From the NCBI GenBank assembly GCA_023663235.1, contig JAMPHW010000001.1, positions 51,392 to 115,391 of the forward strand: a DNA stretch of 64,000 bases, written 5' to 3'. The stretch is from Ruminococcus sp. Its GTDB lineage: Bacteria; Bacillota_I; Bacilli_A; RF39; UBA660. The first letter of the stretch is position 1. The number at the start of each line of letters is the position of its first letter. Shown one piece after another: positions 59,551 through 64,000 of the stretch. The notes below the pieces were generated by a model. The model was not told the DNA's origin. It did not search any database and saw only the letters and a list, made by a program, of their open reading frames with translations. A program made the translations under genes and the position numbers.

Positions 59551-59869
59551 CTTCTTTCTTTAATAGATAATCTAATGCCTTTGCAAATTCTATATCCATT
59601 TTTCTAGCTTTCCAAGAGCCACTATTAGTATGAATATATCCGTTATTATCTATTTTAAAATCAAGTTTATCTTCTATTATTTCTAGTTCATCGTTTAAAG
59701 TTATCAAATAATCTTTAAAAAGGTAGTTTCCATCTTCATCTTCATATAAATCATAAAATGCAGCATATTCATTTAATGTTAAAATGTGTTTGCCTATTTT
59801 TAACTTTCTTGGCAACTGTTCTTTATTTGCTTTTTTTACTAATAAATCAATTAATTTTATTTTTTCCAT
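59543..59869 (-). CDS. Phage early hypothetical protein
   Basis: 108-aa ORF, overlapping/coupled. Confidence 0.4.
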   Translation of the reverse strand: MEKIKLIDLLVKKANKEQLPRKLKIGKHILTLNEYAAFYDLYEDEDGNYLFKDYLITLNDELEIIEDKLDFKIDNNGYIHTNSGSWKARKMDIEFAKALDYLLKKEDD

Positions 59870-59887
59870 ATATAAATCTCCTCTACT

Positions 59888-60244
59888 TCAATTTTGATCA
59901 TCTTCTCTTTTTAATAAATAATTTACTGCTATTCTTATTTCTTCGCTTTGTTTTAAAAGTTTTACTAAGGCTACATCATAGTAACTATCAGTAAAGCTGT
60001 CCAACTTTAAATCGATTTCCGATATTTCTTCTGGTCTGCTTTCTATTATTTCAAAACTATAAAAGCTATTCCATAACATTGATGCCTTAAACTCGCCATT
60101 TTTCCATATTAACTCTTCGTTGATATAAGTTATTATTGTTCTAGTAAATAAACTTAAACCATCATCATAAATAACTTTTATTTTTGTATTATCTTTAATT
60201 TCATTATTTTTAATTTTTTCTAATAATGTTATTCCATCTATCAT
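59888..60244 (-). CDS. Phage early hypothetical protein
   Basis: 118-aa ORF. Confidence 0.4.
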   Translation of the reverse strand: MIDGITLLEKIKNNEIKDNTKIKVIYDDGLSLFTRTIITYINEELIWKNGEFKASMLWNSFYSFEIIESRPEEISEIDLKLDSFTDSYYDVALVKLLKQSEEIRIAVNYLLKREDDQN

Positions 60245-60423
60245 AACTTATTGTCCTCCAATTCTATAATTTTATCTAATATTTTAATTGCTTCAAGAAA
60301 TGAATTTTTTATTTTTTTTGCATCATAATCCTTCATTTTTTCTAATGCAACTAATTTTTTAGCTAATTCTATCCAATACCCTTGAATAAGTATATCTTTA
60401 TCTTCTATTATCACTACTTCCAC
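60241..60423 (-). CDS. Phage early hypothetical protein
   Basis: 60-aa ORF. Confidence 0.3.
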   Translation of the reverse strand: MEVVIIEDKDILIQGYWIELAKKLVALEKMKDYDAKKIKNSFLEAIKILDKIIELEDNKL

Positions 60424-60626
60424 CCCAATTCTTCTACTTGTTTATTTATTGCTTGTAACAATTGCATTGACATTCCACAACAATTTGGTCCTATACTAAC
60501 AACTTCACCAGCTTTTATAAATGATACAGTTTTACCAGTTACTTTGTTTTCATACTTAATTCTACAGAAATTATCTTTAATTAAAGCGAATCCTAACTCT
60601 TTAAATAGTTCTTCGGCTGTTTTCAT
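60414..60626 (-). CDS. Phage early hypothetical protein
   Basis: 70-aa ORF. Confidence 0.35.
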   Translation of the reverse strand: MKTAEELFKELGFALIKDNFCRIKYENKVTGKTVSFIKAGEVVSIGPNCCGMSMQLLQAINKQVEELGWK

Positions 60627-60921
60627 TTTTCACTTCCTCTACACTTAATATTTTTAAGACATAATAGAATCCATTAGGCTCTGCTCCCCACTCTTTCTTA
60701 CCTTCTCCAATTTGAACTGTAACTTCGCATTTTAATGATGGACTATTTTTTGAATAACCATTTCTAAAAATTACATAAAATTCTTCTGGTGGCAAATCAC
60801 CAACAGGAGTATATTTTTCAAATCGGCTTTGATAATAAACATTTATTTTTCGATATTCTTCTTTTTTCTCTCCTGATTTAATCATATCAAACCATCTCTT
60901 TTTAATTGGCAAAACTAACAT
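60601..60921 (-). CDS. ASCH-domain-like protein
   Basis: MLVLPIKKRWFDMIKSGEKKEEYRK.. resembles the ASCH N-terminus. Confidence 0.45.
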   Translation of the reverse strand: MLVLPIKKRWFDMIKSGEKKEEYRKINVYYQSRFEKYTPVGDLPPEEFYVIFRNGYSKNSPSLKCEVTVQIGEGKKEWGAEPNGFYYVLKILSVEEVKNENSRRTI

Positions 60922-61169
60922 TTTGTTACCTCATCTGTGTTTATTAATACATCTCTTCTCACTAATATTCTATCTGTCATATCAAATATATAGTTAATAG
61001 ATCTGACGTGGTCATTTTCTAAAATTTTGATTAAATCATATTTTAAATAGACTCGTTCATATTTTCCATCATCAAACAAAACCATGAAATCTTCGCCTTT
61101 AATATCTTTACAATCATTTATTTCTGATTCGAACTTTTTTAAGGTTATTGTTCTACATATTTTCTTCAT
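60915..61169 (-). CDS. Phage early hypothetical protein
   Basis: 84-aa ORF. Confidence 0.35.
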   Translation of the reverse strand: MKKICRTITLKKFESEINDCKDIKGEDFMVLFDDGKYERVYLKYDLIKILENDHVRSINYIFDMTDRILVRRDVLINTDEVTKC

Positions 61170-61404
61170 CAGACACCTTCTCTACTAAATTGGCTTTTAT
61201 TATGTCGTATAATAAGTGAATTATTTTAAATATTTCATCTTCTTCACAAAAATCCATATCATTTAAGTTAATAAATATTTCTCTGTTATCTCCTAGAGAT
61301 ATACTAGTATTATCGAAATAAATATGCCAATCTTCTCCCAATGTGTATGAAAATCCAAACTTTTCTAATTCTTTTAAATCTACATTATCTTTTATCTTTA
61401 ACAT
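61153..61404 (-). CDS. Phage early hypothetical protein
   Basis: 83-aa ORF. Confidence 0.35.
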   Translation of the reverse strand: MLKIKDNVDLKELEKFGFSYTLGEDWHIYFDNTSISLGDNREIFINLNDMDFCEEDEIFKIIHLLYDIIKANLVEKVSDEENM

Positions 61405-61688
61405 TATTTATCACCTTTAGTTAATTCTTTCTTAATGCCAGTTATATGGTCTAATAAATCTTCATTAGGGTTATTTTGCATAGGTTCATTTTCAAGAACA
61501 ATATTACATAAGTTAATAGTTTCATCTATTGCCTTTTCTAAAAAATTAAGTCTATCAATAAGTCTATTATAGACTGAGTCTCTTTTATAAGAGTAATCTA
61601 CAATAAAGTCTAGTCCATGTATTTCAGCTAGTTTTTTAAGTTGCTTTTTAGTAAGCAATTTTAATTTTGGATATTTTCCTTTAGTCAT
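61404..61688 (-). CDS. Phage early hypothetical protein
   Basis: 94-aa ORF. Confidence 0.35.
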   Translation of the reverse strand: MTKGKYPKLKLLTKKQLKKLAEIHGLDFIVDYSYKRDSVYNRLIDRLNFLEKAIDETINLCNIVLENEPMQNNPNEDLLDHITGIKKELTKGDK

Positions 61689-62071
61689 TATTCCACCTCA
61701 TATTTCATGCTTTCAAATTGTTCTTTTGTTGCTACCGATTTAATTTCCTTATCTGTAAAGCAATTATGGCACTCTTCACATTTTCTCTCATTATAATATG
61801 TTAAATCTGTAAATACCCATCCATGCTCTTTAGATACTTGAATCACAAATTCTCCATTAACATAATCTCCAACTTTTAATAAATCGACTATGTTATAACT
61901 AGCAACTACTTCTTGATTAGGTATTGCGTGTGTAGAATGCTTAAATTTTACATCTATTAAATCACCTTGAAAATCTTGTCCAAATTCAGTAATATTAATT
62001 ATCTTGCCTATTCCATAATCTCTATCTTTTTTTGAATAAGCATACATCCCAACTTCTAGTTTATTCAACAT
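61688..62071 (-). CDS. Phage early protein with a C-terminal Cys cluster
   Basis: ..ERKCEECHNCF.. Confidence 0.4.
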   Translation of the reverse strand: MLNKLEVGMYAYSKKDRDYGIGKIINITEFGQDFQGDLIDVKFKHSTHAIPNQEVVASYNIVDLLKVGDYVNGEFVIQVSKEHGWVFTDLTYYNERKCEECHNCFTDKEIKSVATKEQFESMKYEVE

Positions 62072-62291
62072 CGTTCACTCCTAAATAGTCTAATAAATCA
62101 CTATAACAAGCCTTACATAAACAACATATCTTTTTGTTTGTAATATCTATATTTCTACTTAAAGTTACTCTGTTATCTTTATAGACTATAGAGCCACACT
62201 TACAGCATACTCTACCATTATTATTTGAAATATTATTTATAAAAGAATTTAATTCTTTATCGTTCATGTTTCTTACATCGCTTAATTTCAT
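62061..62291 (-). CDS. Zinc-ribbon protein
   Basis: ..RVCCKCGSIVY...KKICCLCKACY is a Cys4 pattern. Confidence 0.4.
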   Translation of the reverse strand: MKLSDVRNMNDKELNSFINNISNNNGRVCCKCGSIVYKDNRVTLSRNIDITNKKICCLCKACYSDLLDYLGVNDVE

Positions 62292-62524
62292 ACATTGCCC
62301 TCAAAAATATCTATCTGCTTGCTTTCATAAGCTGATACTTTCTCTTCTAATTCTTTAATATAATTGTTTTTTTCGCTGATTATTTTAAGATACTTTTTAT
62401 CGTTCTCTTTAGATTTAGTTCTAAGAATGCGATTGTCTGCTCTTAATGTATCTCTTTCAGCTAATAACTTATCATAATTAGCTAGTTTATTAGCATCTTC
62501 TATTCTTAAATATTCACTATTCAT
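62288..62524 (-). CDS. Coiled-coil early protein
   Basis: 78-aa ORF. Confidence 0.35.
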   Translation of the reverse strand: MNSEYLRIEDANKLANYDKLLAERDTLRADNRILRTKSKENDKKYLKIISEKNNYIKELEEKVSAYESKQIDIFEGNV

Positions 62525-62644
62525 ATTAATTTCCTTTCTAAAATATAATTATTAAGTCCAAACTCGCCACTACAAACTCGACATAATAAAAATGGTGTAT
62601 ATTAAGAAGTATTGAAAACAATTTATGGAATTGTGGCTTTTAAA

Positions 62645-62673
62645 TATTTTTATTTTATAATTTTTGCTATAAT
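62645..62673 (+). promoter_or_regulatory. Candidate promoter with extended -10 (TGcTATAAT) for the DUF4145-like gene
   Basis: tttgctataat 25 nt upstream of a GAGGTG RBS; weak -35. Confidence 0.35.
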
Positions 62674-62698
62674 ATAGTGGAAAGCGAGGTGAAGCACT

Positions 62699-63370
62699 AT
62701 GAGAAAAAGTATACATCCTAAAAACCAAAGCGGTTATTATTACTATTTTGATAATGTTAATACTTGTCCAATTTGTAAGCGTAATATAAGTCCGAATTAC
62801 CTCGAAGCATATTATCACGAAGATATAAAACAATTATCGGTTTATTGTGAATGCACTTTTTGCAATAAACCTTTTGTTGCACTCTTTAGTAAGACAACTG
62901 GCGAAGATAGATATTATAATAAGTTAGAATATCTTGCTCCAGAAATACCGGAAATAGTTGAATTTGATAGTCATATCAGCAATCTATCAGTGAACTTTGT
63001 AAAAATCTACAACGAGGCTCTATCAGCTGAAATTTACAACTTAAACAATATTGCTGGCATAGGTTACAGAAAAGCTCTTGAATTTCTCATAAAAGATTAT
63101 TGTATATTTAAAAATCCTAATAAAGAAAGTGAAATAAAATCACAATTGCTAGGTCAAGTAATAGATAATTATATTGACAGTGTCAAGATTAAAAATCTTT
63201 CGAAAGCCTCTATTTGGATTGGCAATGACGAAACACATTATATTCGAAAATTTGAAGATAAAGATATAAATGATTTGAAAATGTTTATTGATGCTACTGT
63301 TAATTTTATCAACTACGAATTAATATCTGATGAAGCTACATCATTAGTATCAAATAAATCATCATCATAA
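62699..63370 (+). CDS. Zinc-ribbon plus DUF4145-like C-terminal domain protein (candidate abortive-infection / defence gene)
   Basis: N-terminal CPICKRN..YCECTFC. C-terminal ..GYRKALEFLIKDY..ASIWIGNDETHY..FIDATVNFINY is DUF4145-like. Lone plus-strand gene among minus-strand early genes, with its own promoter. Confidence 0.5.
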   Translation: MRKSIHPKNQSGYYYYFDNVNTCPICKRNISPNYLEAYYHEDIKQLSVYCECTFCNKPFVALFSKTTGEDRYYNKLEYLAPEIPEIVEFDSHISNLSVNFVKIYNEALSAEIYNLNNIAGIGYRKALEFLIKDYCIFKNPNKESEIKSQLLGQVIDNYIDSVKIKNLSKASIWIGNDETHYIRKFEDKDINDLKMFIDATVNFINYELISDEATSLVSNKSSS

Positions 63371-63507
63371 ATTAAATTACCATTAAAATCCCAGTACTGG
63401 TTAACCTGCCTAACTGGGTCTTTTTCTGTTAACCCGCTACCTCTAGTTAATTCTACTTTTATAACTTCAACTATCTTTACATTTCTTATTTTTTCATCTA
63501 TTTCCAT
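63313..63507 (-). CDS. Small acidic phage protein
   Basis: 64 aa with an AAGGAG RBS; convergent with and overlapping the DUF4145-like gene's 3' end. Confidence 0.4.
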   Translation of the reverse strand: MEIDEKIRNVKIVEVIKVELTRGSGLTEKDPVRQVNQYWDFNGNLIYDDDLFDTNDVASSDINS

Positions 63508-63527
63508 AAAGTTATCTCCTTTTTTAT

Positions 63528-63899
63528 TTAAAATGGTAAATCCTCTTCATTAATTATTACTTCTTCGCCAAAAGAAGCAAAAGGATCTTCTTGTGTTTGT
63601 TGCTCACTATCTGTTATTTGTTGTGTGTTTTGTTGTCCAGTAGTATTCACAATTTCAAAGTCTGCTATAAATACATAAGGTATAGTCTCTTTATCTTTAT
63701 TGTAAAATGATAGCCATGATCTTTTTAATTTTATTTTAGTTTTATTTTCTACTGATACACCATTTTTAAATTGACATCTTATATATCCATTTATCCATTC
63801 CCCTGTTTGTGATTTTTTGGATATACCCATTTTGTAAAAGGTATACCCATTGAAGTCGTTTCTAAATACTGTATAGACTTGTTCTGATGTTATGTTCAT
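63528..63899 (-). CDS. Phage protein with an SSB-like acidic C-terminal tail (..EEDLPF)
   Basis: 123 aa. The C-terminus mimics the SSB interaction tip (DDDIPF), but the N-terminus is not a canonical SSB OB-fold. Confidence 0.4.
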   Translation of the reverse strand: MNITSEQVYTVFRNDFNGYTFYKMGISKKSQTGEWINGYIRCQFKNGVSVENKTKIKLKRSWLSFYNKDKETIPYVFIADFEIVNTTGQQNTQQITDSEQQTQEDPFASFGEEVIINEEDLPF

Positions 63900-63944
63900 A
63901 AATTATTCGTTCTCCTAATTAAAATCAGTATAGATTTTAAAGCC

Positions 63945-64000
63945 TTACAGTTCATCAGTTGACAGTGTAATTACTGGACGCACACCAAACGCGTTGTCCA
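63945..64000 (-). CDS. 3' end of a gene continuing beyond the window (C-terminus ..NAFGVRPVITLSTDEL*), GC-rich
   Basis: Open frame on the minus strand to the window edge. Carries the 12-mer ggtgtgcgtcca and G-V-R-P-V-I-x-L like the secreted paralog family C-termini. Confidence 0.35.
   Translation of the reverse strand, partial: DNAFGVRPVITLSTDEL

Larger units (their letters stand above)
37350..64000. mobile_element. Siphovirus-type prophage (HK97-like head module); left end at or near the cotJC disruption, right end beyond the window
   Basis: Contiguous terminase-portal-protease-capsid-connector-tail-TMP-tail fibre-holin/XhlA-endolysin on the minus strand, many small early genes and HNH. 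No integrase or repressor within the window. Confidence 0.8.

Overview
This is a very AT-rich (roughly 25-30% GC) low-GC Firmicute, Clostridia-like chromosome segment using the standard genetic code. No rRNA, tRNA or CRISPR array was found.

Positions 1 to about 37,350 are chromosomal. They carry rubrerythrin, a membrane-bound O-acyltransferase (MBOAT) with a DltD/AlgJ-like partner, a lipoprotein and a DUF3048 protein. Two giant membrane-anchored surface proteins follow, each with an N-terminal NPCBM carbohydrate-binding domain, many near-identical 216-bp (72-aa) tandem Ig-like repeats and Asn-rich linkers. The str operon (rpsL-rpsG-fusA-tuf) lies on the minus strand. Also present are deoD, eno, an alanine-racemase-like gene that probably lacks the PLP-binding lysine, leuS, a Bro-N/DinD-like gene, a GH31 glycosidase and a cotJA/B-like gene followed by a truncated cotJC.

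Three copies of an uncharacterised secreted protein family are interspersed in this region (1..1058, 21960..23388 frameshifted, 27455..28807). Two of them are divergently paired with tandem XRE-type HTH regulators. A GC-anomalous orphan C-terminal fragment of the family sits at 1127..1249. A second GC-rich fragment at the window end shares an identical 12-mer with it.

leuS carries an inserted Nudix-hydrolase domain.

From about 37,350 to the window end is a siphovirus-type prophage that appears to be inserted into cotJC. It has HK97-like head genes, terminase, portal, tape measure protein, an M23 endolysin with holin and XhlA, a moron-like operon behind a consensus promoter, and many small early genes. 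Integrase and repressor are not in the window.

Most interesting candidates: the XRE-paired, hypervariable secreted-protein family with its orphan cassette; the LeuRS-Nudix fusion; the prophage-disrupted cotJC; and prophage accessory loci (the moron operon, a DUF4145-like lone gene and a small-ORF cluster upstream of the late operon).
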